NCBI GenBank assembly: GCA_964500465.1
Contig: CAZCNB010000001.1
Span: 34,567-98,566 of the forward strand
Direction: 5' to 3'
Source of the DNA: an uncultured Candidatus Saccharibacteria bacterium
GTDB taxonomy: Bacteria; Patescibacteriota; Minisyncoccia; Phycocordibacterales; UBA9973
DNA length: 64,000 nt
Within the stretch, counting starts at the first letter, position 1. The number at the start of each line of letters is the position of its first letter. This document shows positions 40,448 to 52,095 of the stretch, in pieces. The notes under the pieces were generated by a model. That model did no database searches. It was given only the letters and a program-made list of their open reading frames with translations, and was not told the DNA's origin. Position numbers and translations under genes: made by a program.

Positions 40448-41300
40448 TCTAAATCACTCAGAAATAAAACATGAATCAACTCTATACGCAGAGCATATTT
40501 ATCATATTGGACATTTACCAATAACAAACTCACTACTTACTAGTTGGATTGTTGTTTTCGTAATTTTAATTATATCTATAATTATAAGACTAAAACTTAA
40601 ACAAATACCTAAAGGTATTCAAAATTTCTTTGAAATAATGATAAATGGCGCTTTGTCACTTTGTGATCAAGTAACTGGAAGTAGAAAAATATCTAAAAAA
40701 GTTTTTCCTTTAGTATTCACTATATTTTTATTTATACTTCTTAATAATTGGCTTGGAATATTACCCCTAGGGGGGTTCGGTTTAATAGAGAAGAGCAGTG
40801 AAGGTTCAAGCTTTATACCTTTCATTCGTTCAGGAACAGCAGATATAAACACAACCCTTGCTCTTGCTCTCATGTCAGTTGTGGGTGCAAATATATTTGG
40901 AATAATGTCTATTGGCGTTTGGAAAACTTTTAACAAATATATTAATTTGAAATCAATTTTTGGAATATTTAAAAAAGTCAAAAAAGATCCTACTGTTTTA
41001 GTTGTGTCTCCAGTGACTTTCTTCGTTGGAGTTCTTGAATTGATAGGAGAATTTGCAAAAATTGCATCACTCTCTTTTCGTCTATTTGGAAATGTCTTTG
41101 CTGGAGAAGTGCTTTTAATGTCAATGAGTGCATTACTTGCTTATGGACTACCAATACCATTTTTATTTCTCGAAATCTTTGTTGGTGCGATTCAAGCTTT
41201 TATCTTTGCAATCTTGGTACTTGTGTATTTCACAATCGCAAGTCAAGATCATGATGAACACGAAGAACATCATAGTGAAGAAAAACTGGCGACAGTATAG
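40431..41300 (+). CDS. atpB: F0F1 ATP synthase subunit a
   Basis: LSFRLFGNVFAGEV conserved Arg motif. Confidence 0.9.
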   Translation: MENQNNLNHSEIKHESTLYAEHIYHIGHLPITNSLLTSWIVVFVILIISIIIRLKLKQIPKGIQNFFEIMINGALSLCDQVTGSRKISKKVFPLVFTIFLFILLNNWLGILPLGGFGLIEKSSEGSSFIPFIRSGTADINTTLALALMSVVGANIFGIMSIGVWKTFNKYINLKSIFGIFKKVKKDPTVLVVSPVTFFVGVLELIGEFAKIASLSFRLFGNVFAGEVLLMSMSALLAYGLPIPFLFLEIFVGAIQAFIFAILVLVYFTIASQDHDEHEEHHSEEKLATV

Positions 41301-41391
41301 CGGATGGTTCCTTTTGTAAATGTCACAGAAATGACGTTTTCAAAAGAAACTTTCTGGTAAAGTTTATTTAAAAAGTAGTCGATATTATTAG

Positions 41392-41622
<231 letters not shown>

Positions 41623-41715
41623 TATTTGCTATTTACATCTAGTCAGTTGATTCTATCGCAAGTGACTAGGAGTAAGGAGCTAAGGCTCTTTTATTAAATA
41701 ATAATTAATTACAAA

Positions 41716-42207
41716 ATGGATTCACTTATAACGACATTTCACATAGATTGGAAAATAATCATTGCTCAAGCAATAAACTTTATTGTTGTTTTTTTGGTTT
41801 TGTATTTCTTTGCTCTTAAACCTCTAGGTAAACTCATGAAAGAACGTGAGACAAAAATAGAGGGTGGTTTAAATGATGCAAAAAACAATGCAAAACTATT
41901 AGAACAAACAAAAAAAGAATATAGTGATGTAATAGCAAAAGCTAGAATAGAAGCTAGCGAAATATTTAACACAGTAAAAGTTGAAGCTGAAAACAACCGG
42001 AAGGATATTTTAGCAAAAGCTCAGATTGAAGTTGAATCTATGATAGAAAGCGGAAAGAAAACCCTCGAAAGTGAGAAAGTAAAAATGGTAGAAGAAGCAA
42101 AAGGAGAGATAGTTTCTTTGGTTGTTAAAGCAACTGAAAAATTACTGGAGTCTCATGACAAAAGTGATTATGAAAGCAAAGTAATAAAACAAATTAAAAA
42201 AGCATAA
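41716..42207 (+). CDS. atpF: ATP synthase subunit b
   Basis: Single N-terminal TM then long charged helix; operon position. Confidence 0.8.
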   Translation: MDSLITTFHIDWKIIIAQAINFIVVFLVLYFFALKPLGKLMKERETKIEGGLNDAKNNAKLLEQTKKEYSDVIAKARIEASEIFNTVKVEAENNRKDILAKAQIEVESMIESGKKTLESEKVKMVEEAKGEIVSLVVKATEKLLESHDKSDYESKVIKQIKKA

Positions 42208-42212
42208 AGTTT

Positions 42213-42620
42213 ATGGCCAATATATCTATTAAAAATATAGCAGAAGCAATATATGAATCCGGAAAAAACAAATCTGGAACTTCACTTGAAAGTACAATGA
42301 AAAATGCTACGAGAATATTGGATGAAAAACATTTATTAAGTAAAGCTCCACAAATTTTAGAAAAACTTCAACAAATTACAGATAAATCTGAAAATGTAGT
42401 AAGGGTAAAAATATATTCAGCTAACAAATTAACTAAAAAGGACATCGATGATATAGAAGAATCAATAAAAAAGAGATGGGGAGCAAAAGAAGTTGAAATG
42501 AGTTTAATAGAAGATAAGGGATTAATAGGCGGAATAAAGATAGAGGTTGGAGACGAAATCATAAATATGACACTTAGAAATAAGTTAGAAAAATTACAAG
42601 ATTATTTAATTAAAAACTAA
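42213..42620 (+). CDS. atpH: ATP synthase subunit delta (short, 135 aa)
   Basis: Operon position between b and alpha; helical. Confidence 0.65.
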   Translation: MANISIKNIAEAIYESGKNKSGTSLESTMKNATRILDEKHLLSKAPQILEKLQQITDKSENVVRVKIYSANKLTKKDIDDIEESIKKRWGAKEVEMSLIEDKGLIGGIKIEVGDEIINMTLRNKLEKLQDYLIKN

Positions 42621-42621
42621 T

Positions 42622-44124
42622 ATGACCAAGAATCACATTGTAGAAAATTTAAGAAAGCAGATTGAAAAATTCCAAGATGACTTAAAAGCAGAAAAAGTAG
42701 GTCATGTAGTAGAAGTTTTCGATGGTATTGCAAGAGTATCAGGCCTTTCAGATTTGAAAGCTTCAGAAATGGTGAGTTTCTCATCTGGTGCTACAGGTGT
42801 AGCACTTAACCTAGAAGAAGATTCAGTTGGAGTTATTATACTTGGAGATTTCTCTAATATTAAAGAAGGAGATGAAGTTAAAGCAACAGGTCAAATCCTT
42901 TCTGTTCCAGTAAGTGATAAACAGATAGGTCGCGTACTTTCTGCTATTGGTACACCTATAGATGGAAAGGGTGACATAAAAACCGAAAAACGAAACCCTA
43001 TAGAAAAAGTTGCTTCTGGTGTCATGAGTCGTCAATCTGTTGACCAACCAATGCAAACAGGTATTAAAGCAATTGATGCTCTTATTCCAATAGGCCGCGG
43101 ACAACGTGAACTTATCATTGGTGATCGTCAAACAGGAAAAACCGCCATCGCTATCGACACAATCCTAAACCAAAAAGGACAAAATATGATCTGTGTTTAC
43201 GTTTCAATTGGTCAAAAAGATTCTAAACTTCGCAAACTTCAAACTCGATTAGAGGAAGGTGGAGCTATGGACTACACTATTATAGTTTCTGCTGGATCAT
43301 CTGAGCCTGCATCTATGTCATATATAGCACCTTATACAGGAGTATCGATTGCAGAATACTTTATGGATCAAGGTAAAGATGTGTTAATTATTTATGATGA
43401 TCTTTCAAAGCACGCAGTTGCATATCGTGAAATCTCATTACTTCTTCGTCGTCCACCAGGTCGTGAAGCATATCCTGGAGATGTTTTTTATCTACACTCA
43501 CGTCTTTTGGAACGTGCATGCCGTAAGAACAAAGAATACGGTGGGGGTTCAATAACTGCTCTTCCAATCATTGAGACCCAAGCTGGAGACATTTCTGCAT
43601 ATATTCCTACGAACGTTATTTCTATTACAGATGGACAAATATTCCTTGAAACTGATCTTTTCTATAAAGGAGTACGACCTGCAGTGAACGTTGGGTTCTC
43701 TGTTTCTCGTGTAGGAGGAAGTGCCCAAATTAAAGCCATGAAGAAAGTTGCGGGAACTCTAAAACTTGATCTTGCTCAATTCCGTGAACTTGAAGCTTTC
43801 TCACAATTTGGTTCAGACTTAGATGAATCTACAAAACGCCAACTTGAGAGAGGAAAACGTGCTGTTGAAATACTTAAACAACCTCAATATTCTCCAGTTT
43901 CTACTATACACCAAGTGGTAACTCTATATGCACTAGTAAAAGGTTATGCAGATGAAATACCATTAGACAAAATAAAAGAATTTGAAAAAGGCCTTATTGA
44001 ATACACAGAAAGAAATGCAAAAGATTTCTATAAAGATGTAGAAGAAAAGAAAATGTGGACAGATGAGAGTGAAGCATCATTAAAGAAAGCAATTGAGGAT
44101 TTCAAAAATACATTAGTTAAATAA
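42622..44124 (+). CDS. atpA: ATP synthase subunit alpha
   Basis: Walker A GDRQTGKT, highly conserved alpha sequence. Confidence 0.97.
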   Translation: MTKNHIVENLRKQIEKFQDDLKAEKVGHVVEVFDGIARVSGLSDLKASEMVSFSSGATGVALNLEEDSVGVIILGDFSNIKEGDEVKATGQILSVPVSDKQIGRVLSAIGTPIDGKGDIKTEKRNPIEKVASGVMSRQSVDQPMQTGIKAIDALIPIGRGQRELIIGDRQTGKTAIAIDTILNQKGQNMICVYVSIGQKDSKLRKLQTRLEEGGAMDYTIIVSAGSSEPASMSYIAPYTGVSIAEYFMDQGKDVLIIYDDLSKHAVAYREISLLLRRPPGREAYPGDVFYLHSRLLERACRKNKEYGGGSITALPIIETQAGDISAYIPTNVISITDGQIFLETDLFYKGVRPAVNVGFSVSRVGGSAQIKAMKKVAGTLKLDLAQFRELEAFSQFGSDLDESTKRQLERGKRAVEILKQPQYSPVSTIHQVVTLYALVKGYADEIPLDKIKEFEKGLIEYTERNAKDFYKDVEEKKMWTDESEASLKKAIEDFKNTLVK

Positions 44125-44129
44125 TTATC

Positions 44130-45050
44130 ATGCCAGGCACAAAAGAGATAAAACAACGAATAAAAAGTGTAAAGAACACGAAAAAAATCACGAAAGCAAT
44201 GGAACTTGTGGCTGCTTCAAAAATGAAGCGTGCAGTATCTCGTGCTCTTTCTTCTCGTCTATATGCAAGCTATTCTTGGGATCTGCTTACATCTCTTTCT
44301 AGTAGATTAGATGAAGTATCACACCCATTCTTTGTAGAAGAAAAAGGCAACAAAACTCTTCTCGTGCTTATTACAGCAAATGGTGGACTCTGTGGTGCTT
44401 ACAATGCTCAAGCTATTAAAAAGGCTTTATCTGTATTAAAAGCTAAAAAATCAGAAGAAATTATAGATATAGTAACTGTAGGAAAAAAGGGGGATGTAGC
44501 AATGCGTCGTATTGGTCAAAATATAGTTGCTTCATTTACTGAGATACCTGACAACAATATATCTTTGAGTGACATAGTTCCACTCGCAAAATTAATCATA
44601 GATGAATACAAAAATTCAAACTATCAGAGAATACAAGTAATATACACAGACTTTGTATCAGCTTTAACTCAAAAGGCAAACTTAAAAAAACTTCTACCGG
44701 TATCTAAAACAGACCTAAAAGAGTTCATAGAAGAAGTTGGAGAAAACAGAAAAAATAATGAAGGAGAAGTATTATCAGAAAAATCAAAAGATGTCCCATA
44801 TATATTTGATGGAAATATAGAAAAACTGGTTGAATTATTGGCAGAAAAGCTGGTCAGGATGCAAATCTACCAAATGATATTAGAATCTAGTGCATCCGAA
44901 CAATCATCTCGAATGTTAGCCATGAAAAACGCTTCAGAAGCAGCAGGAGAAATGATAGATGATCTGACACTTGTATTTAACAAAGCTCGTCAGGCAGGAA
45001 TCACACAAGAAATATCAGAAATTAGTGCGGGTATGGCAAGTATTAGTTAA
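44130..45050 (+). CDS. atpG: ATP synthase subunit gamma
   Basis: KNTKKITKAMELVAASKMKRA N-terminus, C-terminal ITQEISEI. Confidence 0.9.
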   Translation: MPGTKEIKQRIKSVKNTKKITKAMELVAASKMKRAVSRALSSRLYASYSWDLLTSLSSRLDEVSHPFFVEEKGNKTLLVLITANGGLCGAYNAQAIKKALSVLKAKKSEEIIDIVTVGKKGDVAMRRIGQNIVASFTEIPDNNISLSDIVPLAKLIIDEYKNSNYQRIQVIYTDFVSALTQKANLKKLLPVSKTDLKEFIEEVGENRKNNEGEVLSEKSKDVPYIFDGNIEKLVELLAEKLVRMQIYQMILESSASEQSSRMLAMKNASEAAGEMIDDLTLVFNKARQAGITQEISEISAGMASIS

Positions 45051-45075
45051 AAAATTATTAGAAATTATTAATTAA

Positions 45076-46440
<1,365 letters not shown>

Positions 46441-46448
46441 TTAAAAAT

Positions 46449-46892
46449 ATGGCAAAACAATTACAACTTAAAATAGTAACACCTGAAAAACTAATTCTTG
46501 AAGATTTAGTTGAGTATGTTGTAGTGCCCACAACAGAAGGAGAGATAACAATACTTCCTGATCACGTGCCACTTATTGCAACACTTACATCGGGAGATAT
46601 CGTAGCCTACGAGGGAGGTGAGCATATTCCTATGGCAGTTGTAGGTGGATTTATAGAAGTTAAAAATTCAGATGGAAAAACAGAGGTAGCTATTTTAGCT
46701 GATTTTGCTGAACATGTTTCTGAAATCACAGAAGAAGCAATAAACACTGCTCGTACTCGTGCAGAAGAGCTAAAAAAGCAAGTAGAAAATAAAGAGGTTG
46801 TTGATTTTGAACACTTTGCAACAGAACTTGAAAGATCTCTCACTCGTGTGAAAATTGCAGATAAATGGCGAACAAGAAAATATAGGAAATAA
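46449..46892 (+). CDS. atpC: ATP synthase subunit epsilon
   Basis: LKIVTPEK beta-sandwich N-terminus plus helical C-terminus. Confidence 0.85.
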   Translation: MAKQLQLKIVTPEKLILEDLVEYVVVPTTEGEITILPDHVPLIATLTSGDIVAYEGGEHIPMAVVGGFIEVKNSDGKTEVAILADFAEHVSEITEEAINTARTRAEELKKQVENKEVVDFEHFATELERSLTRVKIADKWRTRKYRK

Positions 46893-46921
46893 AAAAGGCG
46901 GGATGTACAGTCCCGCTTTTT
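46891..46921. terminator. Bidirectional intrinsic terminator after atp operon
   Basis: aaaaaaggcgggatgtacagtcccgcttttt. Confidence 0.8.
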
Positions 46922-46938
46922 GTAAAAAACTTAAACAG

Positions 46939-47325
46939 TCAATCGTATTTGCTATGAACTTCTTTCTGATGCCACTTTCTCTTAAAGGATTTTTTAAAAA
47001 GTTCTTCAGTAGAAACCAGAAAATAAGTTATATAGAAAAAGATGGTAACAACAAAGAAAATTCCAACAGTAAGGAATGAATGTTTAAGGAATAAAACTAT
47101 TACAAAGAGAGCTGTAGAAGCTAAACCGATCCAGAAAACTCCTTTTTGATAATCTTCTTTGTACCCCTTGAAAATCAATCTAAGGGACACAATATGGAGC
47201 CCAAATACAATAACGATTATTTTGAATATAGAGTTTAGGGATACGTTTTCTTCTGGAAATTGGATAAAAGCATATATCCATAATCCTGGCATCAATAGGC
47301 TGAGTAAGAAGTTTATGTATTTCAT
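46939..47325 (-). CDS. Hypothetical 4-TM membrane protein
   Basis: ORF only. Confidence 0.35.
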   Translation of the reverse strand: MKYINFLLSLLMPGLWIYAFIQFPEENVSLNSIFKIIVIVFGLHIVSLRLIFKGYKEDYQKGVFWIGLASTALFVIVLFLKHSFLTVGIFFVVTIFFYITYFLVSTEELFKKSFKRKWHQKEVHSKYD

Positions 47326-47407
47326 GGTAAACAGTTTTACTAATTAAATCATTTATATTAAATATGTCAACTAAAAAAATTAACTAAAATAAGCTATATT
47401 ATTATCT

Positions 47408-48361
47408 ATGCAGAAAGAATATAAAGTAATCCTTTTCTATAAATATGTGCATATAGATGACCCTAAAAGGGAACGTGAAGCTCAATTTGAGCTTGCAAAA
47501 CGACTAAACATGAAAGGTCGTATGATTATTGCTCATGAAGGGATAAACGGAACATTTGAAGGAAAAAATGAAGCTTGTGATGAATACATGAAAATAATGA
47601 AAGCTGATCCTAGGTTTTTTGATATTCACTGGAAAGTCAGCGATGGAACAATAGACGGTACAGCATTCCCAAGACTCTCTGTAAAAGTCCGCAAAGAGAT
47701 AGTATCACTACATCTAGGTGATGAAGCAGACATTGATCCAAACCAAACTACTGGAATACATCTTAAACCTGAAGAACTAAGAAAATGGTATGAGGAAGGT
47801 AAGAAATTTCATATTGTTGATATGAGAAATGATTACGAGCTTCGTGTTGGCAAGTTTGAAGGCACAGTCTTTCCAGATTTAAATAATTTTAGAGATCTTA
47901 AAGAAAACATAAAAAAAATTGAAGATTTAAAAGATACTACAGTTCTCACAGTTTGTACTGGAGGAGTACGTTGCGAGAAAGCATCGGGCCTGTTAGTTAG
48001 GGAAGGTTTTAAAGACGTATATCAACTAGATGGTGGAATAGTGAGTTATATGGAAAAATATCCAGGACAAGATTTTAAAGGCTCGCTCTATGTGTTTGAT
48101 AAACGTATCGTTATGAATTTTGACGACCCAAGCAAACACGAAGTGATTGGGCGCTGTAGTAAATGCGATAAACCTAGTGAGCACTATGTAAACTGTGCGA
48201 ACCTTATGTGCCATGAACACTTTATATGTTGTGAAAATTGTTTAAAAACTAGTGCAGAGGACCATCCGCCTTACGGAGAAGCTTATTGTAATACTTGGTG
48301 CAATTTAAAATGGAAGTGGTATAGGTTCAGAAAAAATTTAAAACTCAAATTTGCTAGGTAA
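47408..48361 (+). CDS. trhO: Rhodanese-domain tRNA U34 hydroxylase TrhO (YceA/UPF0176) with Cys-rich C-terminus
   Basis: VILFYKY N-terminus, rhodanese active-site CTGGVRCEKA, C-terminal CxxC clusters. Confidence 0.8.
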   Translation: MQKEYKVILFYKYVHIDDPKREREAQFELAKRLNMKGRMIIAHEGINGTFEGKNEACDEYMKIMKADPRFFDIHWKVSDGTIDGTAFPRLSVKVRKEIVSLHLGDEADIDPNQTTGIHLKPEELRKWYEEGKKFHIVDMRNDYELRVGKFEGTVFPDLNNFRDLKENIKKIEDLKDTTVLTVCTGGVRCEKASGLLVREGFKDVYQLDGGIVSYMEKYPGQDFKGSLYVFDKRIVMNFDDPSKHEVIGRCSKCDKPSEHYVNCANLMCHEHFICCENCLKTSAEDHPPYGEAYCNTWCNLKWKWYRFRKNLKLKFAR

Positions 48362-48393
48362 CAGTCTTTTTGTAGTTATCCACAGCTTTTTTA

Positions 48394-48422
48394 TTGACTG
48401 TGAACGTTCGTTCACTTATACT
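48394..48422 (+). promoter_or_regulatory. Sigma70-like promoter TTGACT-N17-TATACT with embedded LexA (Cheo-type) box GAACGTTCGTTC
   Basis: Read directly: ttgact(48394-99) gtgaacgttcgttcact tatact(48417-22); GAAC-N4-GTTC at 48402-48413; 39 bp upstream of the small ORF-lexA operon. Confidence 0.6.
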
Positions 48423-48460
48423 ATTTATATAGTTAATTAGTAGTAATTATTAATAAATAT

Positions 48461-48667
48461 ATGAATAGAGAACAATACGTAAAAATAATAGAAAAAGAAC
48501 TACAGGCTCTAAATAAGAGAATAGACATGAAAATTCTCCAAGGGGTTGAATACAGGAAGGAAGCCCGAGATCACAAGATACTGCAGAAGAAAATGATGCA
48601 ACATTCTCGCAAGGGAATATTTAGTAAATTCTTGACTGCTGTACCTCAATTTATGATATTCTTTTAA
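48461..48667 (+). CDS. 68-aa protein with C-terminal hydrophobic tail, first gene of lexA operon
   Basis: ORF ends 3 nt before lexA start; helical/charged N-terminus, IFSKFLTAVPQFMIFF tail. Confidence 0.4.
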   Translation: MNREQYVKIIEKELQALNKRIDMKILQGVEYRKEARDHKILQKKMMQHSRKGIFSKFLTAVPQFMIFF

Positions 48668-48670
48668 TAT

Positions 48671-49237
48671 ATGAATGAAGATTACAAATTAAAACTCCAA
48701 TCCTTCTACCAACGAGAAAAACGCATGCCTACTTATGCAGAGATGATGAAGCTTTTTGGATTTAAATCAAAAAATGCTGTTGCACGCGTAGTTGATAAAT
48801 TCATAGAAGCAGGTATAGCGACAAAAGATCATCTTGGCCGACTACTTCCAAATGATTCCTTTAACAATGTTCCTCTCCTTGGTTCCGTAACTGCAGGATT
48901 TCCTGTAGATGTTGAAGAAGAAATGAAAGAAGCTATAAACCTAGATAACTACTTAATAAACAAAAAGGAAAATACCTATATGCTAGAAGTTGATGGTAAT
49001 TCCATGATTGACGCTCATATTGCCGATGGAGATATGGTTATTGTTGAAAAAACTAATGTAGCTCGCAACGGTGATATAGTGATAGCAAACGTTGATGGCG
49101 AATTTACAATGAAATATTTTAAAAAAGAAGGAGAGAAAGTTTGGCTGGAACCAGCAAATAAGGATTTTAAACCAATATACCCTAAACAATATTTAAATAT
49201 AAATGCAGTCGTAAAAGCTGTAATAAGAAAGTACTAA
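48671..49237 (+). CDS. lexA: SOS repressor LexA
   Basis: N-terminal HTH, cleavage-site VTAGFP (Ala-Gly), S24 peptidase Ser (DGNSM) and Lys. Confidence 0.85.
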   Translation: MNEDYKLKLQSFYQREKRMPTYAEMMKLFGFKSKNAVARVVDKFIEAGIATKDHLGRLLPNDSFNNVPLLGSVTAGFPVDVEEEMKEAINLDNYLINKKENTYMLEVDGNSMIDAHIADGDMVIVEKTNVARNGDIVIANVDGEFTMKYFKKEGEKVWLEPANKDFKPIYPKQYLNINAVVKAVIRKY

Positions 49238-49238
49238 T

Positions 49239-49532
49239 ATGAAAAAAGTAAAGAAACTTAGTCTTTTTACTGAGAGAGTTCTAAATGTTGTATCAAGTAT
49301 AAAAAGAGGTGAGACTATGACTTATAAAGAGGTAGCAACTCGTGCGGGTAGCTCAGGGGCAGCACGGGCTGTAGGTTCAATAATGAAGGCAAACTATCGA
49401 CCCAATGTACCATGTCATAGGGTTATTCGTAGTGATGGGAATATAGGAGATTATAATCGCGGTGGTAGAGGCGCAAAATTTAATAAGTTGAAAAGTGAAG
49501 GTGCTATTTTTAAAAATATTGATTATAATTAA
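49239..49532 (+). CDS. MGMT-family DNA-binding/alkyltransferase domain protein (stand-alone C-terminal domain, active-site Cys retained)
   Basis: TYKEVA..GSSGAARAVGSIMKANY..VPCHRVIRSDGNIGDY (PCHRV motif). Confidence 0.7.
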   Translation: MKKVKKLSLFTERVLNVVSSIKRGETMTYKEVATRAGSSGAARAVGSIMKANYRPNVPCHRVIRSDGNIGDYNRGGRGAKFNKLKSEGAIFKNIDYN

Positions 49533-49538
49533 ATCAAT

Positions 49539-50084
49539 ATGAAAGCAAAATTGATTTCAATACTTATAGGTCTAGCATTAGTAGTCGGAACCGGCACTTT
49601 AGTTTATAAAACAAAAAAACCGGTAGTCTTGCCATCCGATGAGGCTACAGAAAGTCAATCGACTATAAATAATACTAATGGGGTCCAGAATCAAATACCG
49701 GCAAGCAACAATACCACTACAACCTCCAAAAACAAATCTTTGTTCGATGACGACGATGAAGACGATGATGAGGATTTCAAAAGTAGTAGCAATTTAAATA
49801 CTACAGTAGTTACTCCTAAACCAACAACCACTACAACAACTACTACTTCAAGTGGTATTACTCTTACTACAATCGCAAAGCATAACAATAGATCTAGTTG
49901 TTGGTCAGCAGTAAACGGTAACGTATACGATTTAACTAGTTGGATACCAAATCACCCTGGAGGAGAACAAGCAATTTTGTCTATGTGTGGAGTAGATGGA
50001 TCAAATGGATACAATGGTCAACACAGTGGAGGTAAACCAGCTAGAATATTAGCAGGATTTAAAATAGGCACTCTTTCAAAATAA
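49539..50084 (+). CDS. Membrane-anchored cytochrome b5-like heme-binding domain protein with Thr-rich/acidic linker
   Basis: N-terminal TM; HNNRSSCWSAVNGNVYDLTSWIPNHPGG...GQHS matches cyt b5 HPGG motif and both heme-ligand His positions. Confidence 0.65.
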   Translation: MKAKLISILIGLALVVGTGTLVYKTKKPVVLPSDEATESQSTINNTNGVQNQIPASNNTTTTSKNKSLFDDDDEDDDEDFKSSSNLNTTVVTPKPTTTTTTTTSSGITLTTIAKHNNRSSCWSAVNGNVYDLTSWIPNHPGGEQAILSMCGVDGSNGYNGQHSGGKPARILAGFKIGTLSK

Positions 50085-50086
50085 TT

Positions 50087-50482
50087 ATGAATATAAATTT
50101 AACTAGACAAGAATTTGGTTTGCATTTACTGAGGCTTGGTCTTGCTGCAGTTTTCTTGTGGTTCGGATTCTCTCAATTGATGGACGGAATACACTGGGTA
50201 ACGATAGTTCCAGATTGGGCTGTTAGCTTTCTACATCTTCCACCAGCAATGATTGTGTTATTAAATGGATCATTTGAGGTAATTATGGCTACACTTCTTG
50301 CTATGGGATTTTTCGTGAGAATAACATCACTAGTACTTGCTTTACATCTATTACTTATAGCTTTTGACTTTGGATTTACTGCTACTGGTATAAGAGACCT
50401 TGGTCTTGTAATAGCAACTCTTGCTCTTTCTTTTATATTCACGAGAAAATCTTCTATTGAAGAAGTATCAATTATAAAATAA
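50087..50482 (+). CDS. DoxX-family membrane protein
   Basis: LLRLGLAAVFLWFGFSQL DoxX signature, 4 TM. Confidence 0.75.
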   Translation: MNINLTRQEFGLHLLRLGLAAVFLWFGFSQLMDGIHWVTIVPDWAVSFLHLPPAMIVLLNGSFEVIMATLLAMGFFVRITSLVLALHLLLIAFDFGFTATGIRDLGLVIATLALSFIFTRKSSIEEVSIIK

Positions 50483-50495
50483 TATTTATTCATAT

Positions 50496-50915
50496 ATGGA
50501 AATAAACATTTGGGCGGTGTTAGTGTGCACAATTTTAACTCTTGTCATAGGATTCATTTGGTATGGGCCAATTTTCGGAAAGAAATGGATGGAAATAACT
50601 GGAGCAGATAAGATGGATATGGAAAGAAGAAAAGAGATGATGAAAGGTGTATGGAAACTATATATTGCTCAAATAGCTTTAGCACTTCTTCAAGTATATG
50701 TTCTTGCTTGGTACATAAATACAATAGGAAACATATCTTCTGGTATTCATACTGCATTCTCTATATGGCTTGCATTTGTTATGCCTACTATTGCTGGAAC
50801 TGCAATGTGGAATAACGATTCAGCTAAAATATCTTGGGCTCGTTTCTTTATCCAATCTGGATATCAATTAATTATATTTATAGTATTTGGATTAATTCTT
50901 AGTTTTTGGAAATAG
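50496..50915 (+). CDS. Membrane protein (DUF1761-like)
   Basis: 4 TM, FIWYGPIFGKKW N-terminus. Confidence 0.4.
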   Translation: MEINIWAVLVCTILTLVIGFIWYGPIFGKKWMEITGADKMDMERRKEMMKGVWKLYIAQIALALLQVYVLAWYINTIGNISSGIHTAFSIWLAFVMPTIAGTAMWNNDSAKISWARFFIQSGYQLIIFIVFGLILSFWK

Positions 50916-50927
50916 TAAACAAAACAA

Positions 50928-51155
50928 TTGTATATACAAGTAAAAGTAAAAACCGGTCTTAAAAAAGAAGAGATTAATCAGAAAGATGATAATCACTTTG
51001 AAATTTCTGTTAAGGAAAAAGCTGAGCGGAACCTTGCAAACAACAGAGTGGTTGAACTTATCGCTCTATATTTCAAAGTTCCAAAATCGCAAATCAAAAT
51101 TATAAATGGTCATCATAGCCCGACCAAACTTTTATCTATAAGAGATGGGGAATAA
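50928..51155 (+). CDS. DUF167/YggU-like protein
   Basis: VKVKTGLKKEEI...NNRVVELIALYFKVPKSQIKIINGHHSPTKLL resembles YggU. Confidence 0.5.
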   Translation: MYIQVKVKTGLKKEEINQKDDNHFEISVKEKAERNLANNRVVELIALYFKVPKSQIKIINGHHSPTKLLSIRDGE

Positions 51156-51432
51156 GCAATACAAATTTATAGCAACTGTTTGGAAATGGCCAGGAGAAGG
51201 TCCATGGTATTTTGTAACTTTAGATAAAAAGATGTCAGAAGAGATACAAAACAAATATGGAAAGGGTATGATAAAGATTAGTACAACTATAGGCAAAACT
51301 ACATGGGATAATGCTCTTTTCCCTCATAAGCTATCCCAAGCATATCTACTTGCTATTAAAAAATTAGTGCGTGAGAATGAAAATATTTTTGAAGGAGACA
51401 AAGTAAAGATTAAATTTAATATTAAAAAGTGA
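51145..51432 (+). CDS. DUF1905 domain protein
   Basis: YKFIATVWKWPGEGPWYFVTL...GKTTWDNALFP pattern. Confidence 0.55.
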   Translation: MGNKQYKFIATVWKWPGEGPWYFVTLDKKMSEEIQNKYGKGMIKISTTIGKTTWDNALFPHKLSQAYLLAIKKLVRENENIFEGDKVKIKFNIKK

Positions 51433-51447
51433 TATAATGTAATCATT

Positions 51448-51843
51448 ATGAACACAATAAATATATTATATGTTTTTGGTGTTATAGGTGTAGTTGATAC
51501 ACTGTATCTTATTTATCATAAAGTTCGTGGTACTGACGTAGCGTGTGTATTTTTTCCAAAAGAATGGTGTTATAAAGTTCAGCACTCTCCTCAGAGCAAA
51601 ACATTTGGTATACCGAACTCTTATTTAGGCTTTCTAATGTACATATTAATACTTGCTATGACATATATGTTCACAACAGGATCATTAGTATTTTGGCCAA
51701 TTCAAGCAATAGTTACTTTTGGGTTTCTTTTTTCAATGTACTTTATATACATCCAAGGGTTTGTATTGAAAGCATTTTGTACTTGGTGTGTGGTATCAGC
51801 GATAAATTTTACAGTTATGATGATAGCTGTCTGGATGATTTAA
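51448..51843 (+). CDS. Vitamin K epoxide reductase (VKOR)-family membrane thiol oxidoreductase, stand-alone
   Basis: Loop Cys pair CVFFPKEWC and TM4 active site CTWC. Confidence 0.65.
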   Translation: MNTINILYVFGVIGVVDTLYLIYHKVRGTDVACVFFPKEWCYKVQHSPQSKTFGIPNSYLGFLMYILILAMTYMFTTGSLVFWPIQAIVTFGFLFSMYFIYIQGFVLKAFCTWCVVSAINFTVMMIAVWMI

Positions 51844-51846
51844 ACA

Positions 51847-52086
51847 ATGATATATATCGATGTAAGAACAAAAGAAGAATATGCTGATGGTCATAAACCA
51901 GGTGCTATACATCACGATATTATGGATATGATTTCTGGTATATATCCTCAGATAGATAGAGAAAGTGATGTAACTCTATATTGTGAATCGGGAAACCGTT
52001 CAATGATGGCAAAGACATTAATGGAAAATGCTGGATTCGTAAAAGTAATAGATGGTGGAGGTATAGAAAATTTTACTAATAAATAA
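51847..52086 (+). CDS. Single-domain rhodanese sulfurtransferase
   Basis: Active site loop YCESGNRS. Confidence 0.8.
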   Translation: MIYIDVRTKEEYADGHKPGAIHHDIMDMISGIYPQIDRESDVTLYCESGNRSMMAKTLMENAGFVKVIDGGGIENFTNK

Positions 52087-52095
52087 ATTTATAGT

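Noticed and set aside
49691-49888. Minus-strand ORF with poly-Val/poly-Ser (MLCFAIVVRVIPLEVVVVVVVVGL...)
   Set aside because: It is a mirror artefact of ACN/GAN codon repeats encoding the Thr/Asp-rich linker of the cytochrome b5-like protein.
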